64,000 bases of DNA from Eledone cirrhosa (taxonomy: Eukaryota): positions 101,494,001 to 101,558,000 of the forward strand of contig OZ024746.1 of assembly GCA_964016885.1 (NCBI GenBank), given 5' to 3'. The translations under genes and the position numbers were made by a program. The notes below the pieces were generated by a model, which saw only the letters and a program-made list of their open reading frames with translations, was not told the origin of the DNA and searched no databases. Shown here piece by piece: positions 50,706 to 64,000 of this stretch (the stretch's first letter is position 1; every line of letters starts with the position of its first letter).

Positions 50706-50901
50706 CCCTTTAGCATTTAAACTGGGCAAATCCTGCCAGAATTCTCTCACCTTTTTCTGTTCAAACTGGCCGCTCATGCTGATGTTAAAGTATTGTTCTC
50801 AAAATCTCATAGATTCGGTATCATGTGAAATAATTATGTGCAGTAAAGCCTTTACCATGAAAATATAATAGTAAATATAGAGTAATGTAAATGCTAAAGG
50901 G
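50706..50901. mobile_element. Intact 196-bp TTAA/piggyBac-type MITE
   Basis: TTAA|CCCTTTAGCATTTA ... TAAATGCTAAAGGG|TTAA: perfect 14-bp TIRs and TTAA TSD. Confidence 0.9.
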
Positions 50902-51010
50902 TTAAAAGCAAAGTATTTTCTATAAGATTCTTTTATTCACATTTTACTTGCAGCTTGTATAAATACCTTGTTTTAATAACACAACCAATAATTCTAAATA
51001 ACACAACAAA

Positions 51011-51226
51011 GTGCGTGGCTGAGTGGTTAGAGAATTGGATTCACAATTGTGAGGTTGTGAGTTTGATTCCCGGACTGGGCAATGCGTTATGTCCTTGAGC
51101 AAAACATTTTATTTCCCATTGCTCCTTCTACTTGGAGTTGCGACTTGTAGATAGTATTAGCAATTGGAAAGACCAATGGAAACATTGTTTCCTCAGTCCG
51201 ATTTGATGAAAGTCAATCGACTGTCG
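51011..51226 (+). mobile_element. tRNA-derived SINE, family C, inserted in a 22-bp tandem repeat
   Basis: GTGGCTGAGTGGTTAG (A box), GAGTTTGATTCCC (B box), TGTCCTTGAGCAA; ACACAACCAATAATTCTAAATA on both sides. Confidence 0.75.
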
Positions 51227-52246
51227 ACACAACCAATAATTCTAAATAACACAACCAATAATTCTAAATAACACAACCAATAATTTGAAATAATCCATGA
51301 AAAGACATTTTTGTTTTGTTGCAGAACCCATATTGAATCCTCCAAATTCAAGTAAACCATGTTAGTTAACACACAACTAGAGTATTTACAGTCATAGTTA
51401 GATAATTTATATATAGAATACCTTTAGATATACAGTTATAAACAGCAGAAGTTATGGGGCTCTATACAAATAGGTACAAAACCTGTTTCTATTAAGAAAT
51501 GATAGAGATCATCACTAAGTGAATTGATCATCACTAACGGAATGACTTATAATGTATTGGTGTATATCTAGCAATATGTTTATATAGTCGGTGTTGTTGC
51601 AGTTGTATGTAGTTTAGAGTATTGTGAGAAAATAACAATATATCAATATATAATATCTGTTGTAAGTGATTGGGCTTTTATTGCTTAACCAGAAGGTTAG
51701 ATAGACATGTTTACAATATGAGAGAGAGAGATAAAGAATCATTAGTGAAGTGAGTTGTTAGATTAATGGAGAGATAAATTAAATAAAATGATATAATTAT
51801 ACTACAATGAAGTAAAGTGAAGTGAAATTAAGTTCAATTAAATTAGATTAACTCACAAATAACTGTAGACTTTGAGCCTACTTTGAGCTGGATAAGTTAT
51901 TAAAGCTGTGAATGGTTACAGCTTTAAAAAGCCATCATAAGTCATGTTTTTATGTTTGTTTTCTCATTGATTACTGAGCAAGAACAAAAGCCAGGAGTTC
52001 CTAACTGTTAATGTCCTGCACCGCATACATTAACCAAAGTACAAAGAAGCAATATTGTAACATTGAAGATTTAAGTCTTTACATTAATTTACTGCAAATT
52101 TTCACAATGGTCAATCCACAACTACTATAGACATTTGAATTAACAAATTTTCTTGTAACCTTCTTCTGCCCCCATAATTTAGTATAATTCTCAGCAGGAA
52201 TTATCATATAACTCAACTTGGTAATCATTATATATATTCACAGTGA

Positions 52247-52437
52247 GGGCGGTGGATTGGCAGTATCAGTAGAGGGTTGGACGCAATGCTTTCCAGCATA
52301 GAGTTACGTCCCTTTACAGACTGAGTTCAAATCCCACTGAGGTTAACTTTGCCTTTCATCCTTACGGAGTTGATAAAATAAAGTACCAGTAATGTACTGG
52401 GTAATTGCTGGCCTTGTGCCTATATAAGAAATCATTA
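52247..52437 (+). mobile_element. tRNA-derived SINE, family A (full length)
   Basis: GGCGGTGGATTGGCAGTATC..GAGTTCAAATCCC..CTTTGCCTTTCATCC..GGCCTTGTGCC. Confidence 0.88.
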
Positions 52438-53075
52438 TATATCTTCACAGTTAATATATTGGTAAAACTTCAGTGAAACTTCTCACCTTTTAACATACTG
52501 TAATGATTTAGCAGAAAATGTCTAAAAACAGATTTGTTAATTCAAATGTTTATAGTATTTTTATAAGTGAATAAATAAATCTTTGTGAAAGTTTTCAGTA
52601 AACTAAAGGTGTTCATTTTTAATGTGATGCAGTGATAGTGCTGTTTTGTACTTTTCAAAGATATCTTGCTAATATGGTTTCAAGTGGTAGAGAATGTTAA
52701 GAGTTAAACACAGCCAGCAAATGACCACCAAAATTAACTTTTGCCTCCATATATTCACTGTCTCTCTAGGCTTATAAACACGAACCATACAATGTGTAAC
52801 CAACATTTACTATCCCCATCTCATGACCAGTGCTTCTGTGAATTGAGATTTCATAACATGTAATTTGATATAAATTTATCACTAAACTGCTGTTAATAAT
52901 CAGTATTAGTGAAGCCAAGCTACAAACATATACCTTAAAACACTCAGTATAGACTTGCTAAAATTCCTTTCCCATTTAAAACTCTCTTGACTTCATAATC
53001 ATGACTGTAAATTAGATGATTGTATGTGTGAGTATACATGTATGTATACTGTATCTATGTATGCATATTTTAGAA

Positions 53076-53260
53076 GTGAATTGGCAGTATCGGTAGAGGG
53101 TCGGACATGCTTTCCAGCATAGTTACTTCCCTTTACGATCTGAGTTCAAATCCTGGCGAGGTTAACTTTGCCTTTCATCCTTACGAGGTCGATAAAATAA
53201 AGTACCAGTAATGTACTGGGTAATTGCTGGCCTTGTGCCAAAAGTAGAAACAATTATTAT
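53076..53260 (+). mobile_element. tRNA-derived SINE, family A
   Basis: High identity to the other family A copies. Confidence 0.88.
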
Positions 53261-53494
53261 CCTGTATGTTGTATATATTTACTGTCACTGTATTTGTCTA
53301 TATATATACACTGTCATCATAAATGAATGTTTGTATGTATGTACAAATTGCTACTCAATTTAGTAACTATCATATTATGTATGATTACTTATATTCAATG
53401 ACAATAATATCTCTCCCATTATATTTTGTAAATTATCAGTTATTACCATATTCAGAATGACTCAATTTAGTAGTAATCATATTAATCTAAGTCT

Positions 53495-53673
53495 GGATTG
53501 GCACAATCATTAGAGTGTCATATAAAATGGTATTTCTTCTAGCGGCTTCGGAGTTCAAAAACCACAAAGGTCAATTGTGCCTTTCATTCTTCTGAGGTGG
53601 ATAAAATAAAATACCAGTCAAGTGGGGTTGATATTATCAACTTATTCCTCCCCTAAAATTGTGTCTAAATTAG
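53495..53673 (+). mobile_element. Older SINE related to family A
   Basis: GGATTGGCA..GAGTTCAAA..GCCTTTCATTCTTCTGAGGTGGATAAAATAAA. Confidence 0.68.
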
Positions 53674-54032
53674 ACCTTGCTCACCTACACCTCTCTAAGA
53701 CAATGTCACTAGATCGAGATCTTTGGCACCATGCAGTTGTACAGAAGACCAGCCTTCCCTTACATACAAACCTACAGTCAGTAGGCACCTCTTAGCTCAA
53801 TATACACCCCACACACCCTACCCCATCCTCCCATTTCCATCCACTGTGTCGGTGACACAACAAAAAGCTCCCAGTCCACACTGTAAAGTGGTTGGTGTTA
53901 GAAAGGGTATCCAGCTGTAGAAAACCTGCCAGAGATACTTCCATACGAGCGAGACACGGTCTCCCGACCATTCCCACATGCTAGCGTGGAAGATGGACGT
54001 AAAACGATGATGATGATGATGGTGATGATGAT
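53673..54032 (+). mobile_element. RTE LINE 3' end with (GAT)n tail
   Basis: CACCTCTCTAAGACAATGTCACT..CCTACAGTCAGTAGGCACCTC matches 59437-59546. Confidence 0.85.
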
Positions 54033-54384
54033 TGTTAAACCCAATTAATTTTCCTAAAACTTCAATAAAAACATTTGTTAAGCCCAGCCAGCAAATTACC
54101 TCCGAAACTAGTTCCACATTTTCTAACACTTGCTCACTCTTCTAGTAAAGCTAGAAATTTGTTTACAGTCTTTTGGCAAGACATCGTTCATCTCCACAGG
54201 TGTATGTACTATATTTATATACATATATGTACATAAGGGATGTGGATGGGTGTATGTATAGCTAAGTATAGGCATGTACATGTATACATATCTCCTAATA
54301 CTGCCTGACCAATAGATGCTCCAGCTGGGAAAACATTCCTCTATGGTGGTAAATCTCAAAGTACAGTGATAATACATAATGTGT

Positions 54385-54676
<292 letters not shown>

Positions 54677-55401
54677 AGCCAACTTTGGATTAGGTTTGGA
54701 ATTTTAAAAGTATCAATGTTGGCATGGTAAGAGATAACTAGAGTTGCATCACAGCATCACTGCTTGCCAACAATTAGCCTTCGTGTTTAAGTAAGATATC
54801 AATATTACTATTTCTTTAATCAAGTCCTTTTATTTTAGACAAGGTAAAATGGCAGCTGTAATATTTCTCCAAGAGTGGCATCAGTCAGGGATTGAAGCAA
54901 CACCAGGAGCTTGTTTCTTGTGATATTATCATAAAACCTATCATAGAGAAAGTACTTTACTCCCTGATCTTGTTGTTTGACCCTAGGCCAACCCTAACTG
55001 AGCAGATCTATATGAAGGCAACCCAGGATCATAATATCTGACACATTCTTTTTTAAGATGACGGTGCATGTTGAAGGAGAATTATCTGCTATTTCTAGTG
55101 ACTATGTAGGGACTCCTTTATTGGCTGACTTGTAATTTATTGTTTGATCCAATTCACTCACACCAATCCCTTTTATTTAGGATGTGGTGTGGGGTGGGGG
55201 TGTATTAAAAAATGCATGAACATCATGTAACCAGGTAGTGCTATTAAGACATGACCTTGGCCTATACTGTCCGAAACCTATCAAAGTTATCAAACTTTAA
55301 CCATATTTTTCAGCATTATAAATATGTAGCTTAGAGCCTAATGCATCTTATTTTAGCTAATTAAAAATAGGCCAACCTCAGCTTATCAATGGAAACTTTC
55401 A

Positions 55402-55697
55402 AGAACTGTTACTAAGTATAACTGTTACTATGTAGAAGTGTTATTATGTATAACTATTACTATGTAGAACTGTTACTACTGTTATGTAGAACTGTTACTA
55501 TATAGAACTGTTACTATGTAGAACTGTTATTATGTAGAGGAACTGTTATTATGTAGAACTGTTAATATGTAGAGGAACTGTTATTAAGTAGAACTGTTAA
55601 TATGTAGAGGAACTGTTATTATGTAGAACTGTTACTATATAGAACTGTTAATATGTAGAGGAACTATGTAGAAGAACTGTTATTCTGTAGAAAGAAC
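55402..55697. repeat. Short-unit minisatellite (AGAACTGTTACTATGT)n
   Basis: 16-19-bp units in tandem. Confidence 0.85.
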
Positions 55698-56575
55698 TCT
55701 CAGAGACCAAAGATAATTGTACACTTTTACATTTTTGTAATCTATTTTATTAAAGGAAGACTAGAAAAAATTTGAAAAGAAAATAGGATGTAAAGTGCAA
55801 TTTATAAACACTGGTTTTAATCAATAAACTATAAAAGAGCTGCTTGTTCTAAATTTCTCTTTCTATTCACATTAATGGATATTAAAGAAATAGGATTGTT
55901 ATAATACTTCGATGTGAATATTGAAACAAAGAAAACAAATGGCTTGTATTGTTTGTTTCTTTTATTGTTTCATAATAATAGAATTATTATAATTCCCACC
56001 TCCCACTGAATTTATTCCCTGCAGCATTTATTTATGCTTCACGCCTATTTGCATGCAAGTTTGACTCTATTAGCTTTGTGCAGAGGCAGTGTTGTTTGCC
56101 TAGCTGTATTTTGACATATGATTTTAGTGATGCTCCAAACACACAATGGATATTTACGTAATTTATTTATGGCAATTTCAATGAGGCAATTCAACCAGCC
56201 AGCACATAGAACACATTGGATACTGTACTCCTATATACACTATATCCCCCCCGCCCCCACAAAAAAAAGATACCATGCTCTTGACTGGAGTATCACTGAT
56301 GACAGTTGCTCTCATGAGCTGAGATGAAATAAAAACAGAAGGTGACAAATAGGATTCATTACAGCATTGGCTACCTTGCGACATTTGTAACGCCCTGAAT
56401 CAGGTTGTGTTGTGAGAAAGCCCTTAAGGACCAACTACAGCCTTTTCATCAGAAATGAAGTTAAATGAGGAGCTCGCCCGCTTTTTACATAGAAAAACTG
56501 AAAGGCTACTAGAAATATCCAAGGATGAAGTGATGTACAGAATAGAATGAAAATAAAAAGGTAAAATATAAAGTA

Positions 56576-56766
56576 GGGGTGGATTGGTAGTATCGGTAGA
56601 GGGTCGGACGCCATGCTTTCCAGCATAGTTACGTCCCTCTACGATCTGAGTTCAAATCCCGCCGAGGTTGACTTTGCCTTTCATCCTTACGGGGTCGATA
56701 AAATAAAGTACCAGTAATGAACTGGGTAATTGCTGGCCTTGTGCCTAAAGTAGAAACAATTATTAT
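56576..56766 (+). mobile_element. tRNA-derived SINE, family A (best-preserved copy)
   Basis: GGTGGATTGGTAGTATCGGTAGAGGGTCGGACGCC..GAGTTCAAATCCCGCCGAGG..GTAGAAACAATTATTAT. Confidence 0.9.
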
Positions 56767-56959
56767 ATTTAATACAATATTGGAGCAATCAATATCTGAT
56801 ACAATATCAGACCTAGTGTACATATATATGTATATTATACCATTCTAAGTTGAAATATTTCCAATCACAGCTACACAGGTTGATAAATACCAACCAGTAA
56901 GGGAAATAGTAGATATAGATTACATCCCAAATCTTTCACAGGTAAAATCATTTAACAAA

Positions 56960-57616
56960 CATATAATTAGTCAAGGGTGGGAATGATCAAGAAATAAGCT
57001 CAGATCCCTCTTCCTCAACCAGATTTGACAACATTCAAAACTTATTGATCATTGGGTAATGCCCATAAAAACAGACTCTGCTGGCTTCCAACTAGACATA
57101 TATCTTTGAACAACATTCTATCAAGAACAGGTCGTAGAGATTCACCTTTATGTCCTTGTGGTGACTCTCCAGAAAATCTTTGGCACTATTTGTTCCAATG
57201 TAGAAACTATCAGTCTAAGAGAGAGGCCATGTTGAAACCAATCTTTAAAAAACTACCAATATTGGAAGTTCAATATTTTATTACAGGTCTACCAAATATA
57301 AACAAAATCTTTGAGTAGATGGAAGCTAGGAAAATATTCAACAAGAGAAACTTCTGTTTTACAGTTTCCCTTCTTTCTATTTTCTTTCCTTTTCGTTTTC
57401 TTCATAATCTGCCTCCCATTGGCCTCCTTCAATATTGGACATTTTATTTTATTCATTTTCTTTTTTCTACCCCCACCCCCCTTTAATTAATTTTTTTAAT
57501 TACTTGTCTCACTATCTCTTTTTGATTACCAACAGTAAAGAGTACTAGATACTTCCCCTAGTCTGCCATGGCTTACTAACTCTATACGGACGTTTAAATT
57601 GATTAAATAAATAAAA
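56960..57616 (+). mobile_element. LINE 3' fragment (I-group-like C-terminal CCHC finger) with T-rich 3' UTR and A-rich tail
   Basis: TRHISLNNILSRTGRRDSPLCPCGDSPENLWHYLFQC; ends TAAATAAATAAAA. Confidence 0.68.
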
Positions 57617-57619
57617 TAT

Positions 57620-59922
57620 AAGCATGTTCTACAACGTGAGGACCAAATACGTGAGGTGTTCGGGATTGCTAGACAATGTGTCAAGGAAAACCGTGATATT
57701 GTCGGGAAGAAGTGTGTCCGTAATGATAATGGTGTACTTGCCTTCACTGATACTGATAAGAAGGTAGCTTGGAAGTGTCACTACGAAAGGCTACTAAATG
57801 AGGAGAATAAATGGGAATAGGAGAATAGTCTGCCCCAAATCGATCCAATAGAGGGACCAGCGGTGCAAGTTAAAGGTAGTATAATAAGTAAGGCAATCAA
57901 AGATATGAAGAAAGACAAGGCAGCTGGGTCTTCGGAGATAGTTGCTGAGATGTTGAAGGCATCTGGAATGGTGGGACATACTATGGTCACCCAGATAGTA
58001 AACCAAGTAATACAGAATGGGGTCATACCAGATGACTGGTGTAGCAGCATCATCATTAACTGCCACAAGGGTAAAGGGGATGCTCTAGATAGGGGAAACT
58101 ATAGAGGCATTAAGTTAGTTGACCAGGTCCTGAAAGTCACAGAAAGAGTTATAGCACAACTAATCAGAGAGCGAATTGATCTAGATGAAATGCAGTTCGG
58201 GTTTGTGTCAGGTAAAAGTACCACAGACGCTCTTTTCCTTGTATGACAACTACAGGAGAAGTACCTAGCTAAAAGTAAACCCCTCTACTTAGCTTTTGTA
58301 GAGCTGGAGAAAGCCTTTGACAGAGTCCCCCACTCCATTATCTGGTGGGCTCTTAGAAAACTAGGTGTTGTGAGAGCTATACAAGCTATGTATAAAGAAA
58401 CAGTCAGTAAGGTTAGAATTAACAATGAATATTGTGAAGAATTTAGTGTAAAAGTTGGTCTTCATCAAGGCTCTGTCCTTAGCCTCCTCCTATTTATTAT
58501 TGCCCTTCAGGCTATAACAGAGGAGTTTAAGACTGGCTGCCCATGGGAACTCCTATACGCAGATGATCTAACTCTCATAGCTGAATCTATGGTTGAGAAG
58601 AAATTCCAAACATGGAAGCATGACCTAGAATCAAAAGGCCTTAAAATTAACTTGTCTAAAACTAAAGTTATAATTTGTAGAAAGGAAAATAGGGCACAGG
58701 TGCCCTCTGGGAAATGGCCATGCTCAGTGTGTAGGAAAGGAGTAGGCAGAAATTCCATGTTATGTCCTAAATGCAAACTATGGGTACATAAAAGATGTAG
58801 TGGGATCACAGGTAAACTATCTAAGAACGTAGACTTTATATGTGGCCGATGCTTAGGTGCAATAAGTAGCAAGTGTCCACAGGATACTAGCTCCTTCTAT
58901 TGCCCAGATGGTTCTATAGAAATAGTGGACACTTTCCGTTACCTGGGTGACAAAATCAGCAGTGGTGGAGGGTGTTCTGAAAGTATAGAAGCCAGAGTCA
59001 GAACGGGATGGAAAAAGTTCAGAGAGGTTATACCACTATTGGCCACAAAAGGTTTTTCTCTAAAAATGAAAGGCGGATTGTATGATGCCTGTATATGAAC
59101 AGCAATGCTACATGGCAGTGTGACATGGGCATTGTGTGCAGAGGACCTGCGCAGATTGGAAAGGAATGAAGCTTGCATACTCCGATACTCCGTTGGATGT
59201 GTAATAGTAATATACATGAATGGCAAAGCATAAATGAACTAAGTGAGACATTAGGAATAAGAGGGATCAGATGCTATTTACTTGAGAGAAGACTACGTTG
59301 GTATAGTCACGTGATGCGCATGAAAGACGACAGCTGTATAAAAAAGTGCAGGGAGATCAAAATTGATGGTAGTTACGGAGTAGGTAGACCCAGAAAAACC
59401 TGGGACGATTTGATAAATACCGACCTTACACACTTGCACCTCTCTAAGACAATGTCACTGGACCGAGATCTTTGGCGCTATGCAGTAATACAGAAGACCC
59501 ACCTTGCCTATCTACAAAGCGAAACCTACAGTCAGTAGGCACCTCTCAACCAATCCACTACCCCTACCCTATCCTCCCACTCCCACCAACACCACTCTCT
59601 CTCTGTAAAGTTGGTACCACAACATCCAGTCCAAATAAATGAGATAATGAGATCGAGATCGTGTAGGTGTCACGGCAAAAAAAACACCCAGTCCACGCTG
59701 TAATGTGACCATGTAGTTAACACGGTAAAAAGTTCCCAGTTCCACACTGTAAATGTGGTTGGTGTTAGGAAGGGCACCCAGCCATAGAAAACCTGCCAGA
59801 TAGTCCTATATGAGCGAGACATGGTCACCCGACCAACCTTGCCTCAAGTGGGACAACTCCAGTCTAACCGTTCTGCTAGCGTAGAAGATGGACATTAAAC
59901 GAAGATGATGATGATGATGATG
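57620..59922 (+). mobile_element. 5'-truncated RTE LINE with degenerate RT ORF and (GAT)n tail
   Basis: KAAGSSEI, NYRGIKL, QFGF, ELEKAFDRV, GLHQGSVLS, LYADDL, Cys-rich insert CSVC..CPKC..HKRC..CGRC, FRYLG, RLRWYSHV, GRPRKTW; several stops and frameshifts. Confidence 0.93.
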
Positions 59923-59924
59923 AA

Positions 59925-60120
59925 ATAAATAATTGTTTCTACTTTTGGCACAAGGCCAGCAATTACCCAGAGCATTACTGGTACTTTATTTTATCGACCC
60001 CGTAAGGATGAAAGGCAAAGTTAACCTCGGCGGGATTTGAACTCAGAATGGCAAGGGCCGTAACTCTATACGTCAAAGTATGGCATCCGACCCTCTCCCG
60101 ATACTGTCAATCCACCGCCT
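59925..60120 (-). mobile_element. tRNA-derived SINE, family A (reverse orientation)
   Basis: Reverse complement of family A, tail-to-tail with the RTE (GAT)n tail. Confidence 0.88.
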
Positions 60121-60504
60121 GGGATGAAATCAAATGATTATAACTTACTTCCTTCTTTAGAAAATTGTTCCTATGTCTAGACAAAATATATTGTTTTTAT
60201 AAAATCAACTGTTCCCCCACTCCCACAATTAATGCTTTGTGCAAAACAAAACAAAAAAATCAATATTTTAATTATCATTGATATAAAATTTCAAATCCGA
60301 GTTGAAATAGTTTCTCTTACTAACCTAAGACCCTTTAAAACATTAACATCCCTTCATACAGACTATCGATGACAGAACTGCTTGGCAGAGGTCTCCCGGA
60401 GAAACACTACAATATCATTACCTACTGTTTATTATCAAGTATATGTAGCTATTATGGCTGTAATATCTGAGTCATGCTTCTACTAATTCTCATTGACATT
60501 GTCA

Positions 60505-61440
60505 CACTACCACTACTACCACCACTACCACTACTACCACCACAACCACTACCACCACCACTACCACTACTACCACCACAACCACTACCACCACCACTAC
60601 CACTACTACCACCACAACCACTACCACCACCACTACCACTACTACCACCACAACCACTACCACCACCACTACCACTACTACCACCACAACCACTACCACC
60701 ACCACTACCACTACTACCACCACAACCACTACCACCACCACTACCACTACTACCACCACAACCACTACCACCACCACTACCACTACTACCACCACAACCA
60801 CTACCACCACCACTACCACTACTACCACCACAACCACTACCACCACCACTACCACTACTACCACCACAACCACTACCACCACCACTACCACTACTACCAC
60901 CACAACCACTACCAACCACCACTACTACCACTACTACCACTACTACCACCACTACTACCACTACTACCACCACTACCACCACTACTACCACCACCACCAC
61001 CACTACCACTACTACCACCACTACCACTACCAACCACCACTACTACCACTACTACCACCACTACCACCACTACTACCACCACCACCACCACTACCACTAC
61101 TACCACCACAACCACTACCAACCACCACTACTACCACTACTACCACTACTACCACCACTACTACCACCACTACCACTACTACCACCACAACCACTACCAA
61201 CTACCACTACTACCACTACTACCACCACTACCACTACCAACCACCACTACCACTACTACCACCACCACTACCACCACCACCACCACTACCACTACTACCA
61301 CTACCACAAGACAACTACTACCACTACCACCACCACTACCACCACTACCACCACTACTACCACTACTACCACCAACACCACTACCATCACCACTACTACC
61401 ACCACCACCACCACTGCCACTACCACCACCACTACTACTA
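60505..61440. repeat. (CCA/CTA)n compound repeat with a 33-bp higher-order period in its left half
   Basis: PPPLPLLPPQP-type translation repeats every 11 codons. Confidence 0.93.
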
Positions 61441-61446
61441 GTAATT

Positions 61447-62566
61447 GTAATGAAAGAGGTAATGACATAGGTAGTGTCTTTCATTAGAAATATGGTATTG
61501 AAAGGGTTAATGACATAGACAGTGTCTTTCATTAGAAATATGGTAATGAAAGGGTTAATGACATAGACAGTGTCTTCCATTAGAAATATGGTAATGAAAG
61601 GGTTAATGACATAGACAGTGTCTTTCATTAGAAATATGGTAATGAAAGGGTTAATGACATAGACAGTGTCTTTCATTAGAAATATGGTAATGAAAGGGTT
61701 AATGACATAGACAGTGTCTTTCATTAGAAATATGGTAATGAAAGGGTTAATGACATAGACAGTGTCTTTCATTAGAAATATGGTAATGAAAGGGTTAATG
61801 ACATAGACAGTGTCTTTCATTAGAAATATGGTAATGAAAGGGTTAATGACATAGACAGTGTCTTTCATTAGAAATATGGTAATGAGAGGGTTAATGACAT
61901 AGACAGTGTCTTCCATTAGAAATATGGTAATGAAAGGGTTAATGACATAGACAGTGTCTTTCATTAGAAATATGGTAATGAGAGGGTTAATGACATAGAC
62001 AGTGTCTTTCATTAGAAATATGGTAATGAAAGGGTTAATGACATAGACAGTGTCTTTCATTAGAAATATGGTAATGAAAGGGTTAATGACATATACAGTG
62101 TCTTCCATTAGAAATATGGTAATGAAACGGTTAATGACATAGACAGTGTCTTTCATTAGAAATATGGTAATGAAAGGGTTAATGACATAGACAGTGTCTT
62201 TCATTAGAAATATGGTAATGAAAGGGTTAATGACATAGGCAGTGTCTTCCATTAGAAATATGGTAATGAAAGGGTTAATGACATAGACAGTGTCTTTCAT
62301 TAGAAATATGGTAATAAGAGGGTTAATGACATAGACAGTGTCTTCCATTAGAAATATGGTAATGAAAGGGTTAATGACATAGACAGTGTCTTTCATTAGA
62401 AATATGGTAATGAGAGGGTTAATGACATAGACAGTGTCTTCCATTAGAAATATGGTAATGAAAGGGTTAATGACATAGACAGTGTCTTTCATTAGAAATA
62501 TGGTAATGAGAGGGTTAATGACATAGACAGTGTCTTTCATTAGAAATATGGTAATGACAGGGTTAA
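61447..62566. repeat. 48-bp minisatellite whose unit contains a TTAA-MITE terminus (AAAGGGTTAA)
   Basis: GTAATGAAAGGGTTAATGACATAGACAGTGTCTTTCATTAGAAATATG about 23 times; ends at GGGTTAA. Confidence 0.95.
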
Positions 62567-64000
62567 ATTGGATATCAAGTTTTATAGCATTCTAAAATAA
62601 GTTGTTTATCACAATAACACATTCTATGTAAACTTCATAAGATATCGAGGGCTTCCCACTCTTAAAATATACATGAGAATATTTCTAAGCAATAAAAGAA
62701 TGGATTTTAACCACAGCTGATACACGTTTAGTTCTTGATGAAAACAAATCTAATTCTTCTATAGGTGGATGAGAAATCTATTTTTTCTGGTGAGTGCAAA
62801 TATAAAAAATAAAGTACATTTCACATATTGCTAGTCTTTGAACAGACATCTAAACATTCAAATAACAATATTGTGTTTCTACATTATAATACTCAATACC
62901 TATCCCCCTGTTCAATTTCCAAGCTGTGTATTGATCATCCGTTATGTCAAAAATCAATAAGTGAAATACTGTTTATGGTCTGCTGGAACCAATGAAGAAC
63001 ACTGCAGACACAACATTTATAGCTTAGTAAATATTTCAGTTGACATGCACACTACCGCAGTGCCGGCTTTTAACTATTTTAACAAGATTTTAAATAAACG
63101 TCAGGAACCCTAATTCTTTTTTAAAGGAAAAAAATAAGAAAAAAAAAATTGGCAAGTTTCAAGAAGAATACTATAAAAATATATACAAAAAAGACTATTA
63201 TTTAAATATATATATAAAGACTATTATCTAAATATATATATAAAAAAGACTATTACCTAAAAATATATATTAAAAAAACTATTATCTAAAAATATATAAA
63301 AAAGACTATTATTTAAAAAAGTATATAAAAAGAGTATTATTTAAAAAAACTATATCAATGAAAATATTCTATAAATTTTTTTTTTTACTTTTTGTAATTT
63401 GATTTTCATTTAATAATTAGATTAGCCCAGTTGTAAAATTGAATAAACAATCTGATCATTGACACATAATAAAATATCTTGAGAAATATTGGCTGTTACA
63501 AGAAGATACTAAATATCTGTAACTGTGATCTGTAAAGAAAAAATATGGTTATTATGTAATGAAGCATCCATTATAAAACATCGTCTGCTATTTACTGACA
63601 TCATCCTCAACAAGTAATCATATTTAATAAAAGTCTCTCAATGTTAAGTTAAATTTCAATTTTACAAATTGATATTGCAGAGTTACTGGAAAGTAAAATT
63701 AATATCACTGCTATCCAGTCAGAGCTGCTGACCAATTTTCTAAGGACTCAGAACTAAGAAACCGTTTTATCTTTTCTGCCCATTCTCACAATCTAAAATC
63801 TATGCCATTACAGTATTCTATGAAAGATTTCATTGATTATTCAAGACAATCAAACCAAGGAAGAACTTTTAACATGTAGGAGTCATAAGTTGTTTTTCAA
63901 CTAGGATCACCAGATGCTAATGTGGTGACCTTAAACTGTTGTTTACACTCAGGTTAGCCTCGATTGGACAAAATTATGTTCAAAAGCATTCTATTTGAGA

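Noticed and set aside
56576-56670. tRNA gene
   Set aside because: A and B boxes are present, but I see no complete cloverleaf and it continues into a repeated SINE body.
60452-62540. Pro/His/Thr-rich and 448-aa repeat ORFs
   Set aside because: Products of trinucleotide and 48-bp repeats.

Overview
AT-rich, repeat-dense animal genomic DNA. The SINE, RTE-LINE and MITE families look cephalopod/octopus-like (inference, not database-checked). I could not support any host protein-coding gene; nearly all ORF-track entries are microsatellite, minisatellite or antisense artefacts. Main contents: (1) an essentially full-length Tx1-like (L1-clade) non-LTR retrotransposon (9851-15485; gag-like ORF1 with one frameshift, intact 1145-aa APE-RT-CCHC ORF2) inserted in the internally amplified tandem repeat of a TTAA/piggyBac-type MITE, with an uninterrupted 196-bp copy of that MITE at 50706-50901; (2) a 4.7-kb nest (21.0-25.7 kb) of Penelope-like modules separated by (TA)n tracts, carrying five or six hammerhead-ribozyme motifs and one foldback element with a hammerhead core in each arm; (3) a composite non-autonomous Helitron with 23-aa STPR-like repeats; (4) two CRE-like restriction-endonuclease retrotransposon 3' fragments; (5) many RTE fragments, tRNA-derived SINEs and hAT MITEs; (6) a 6.4-kb satellite and several minisatellites, some derived from MITE ends.
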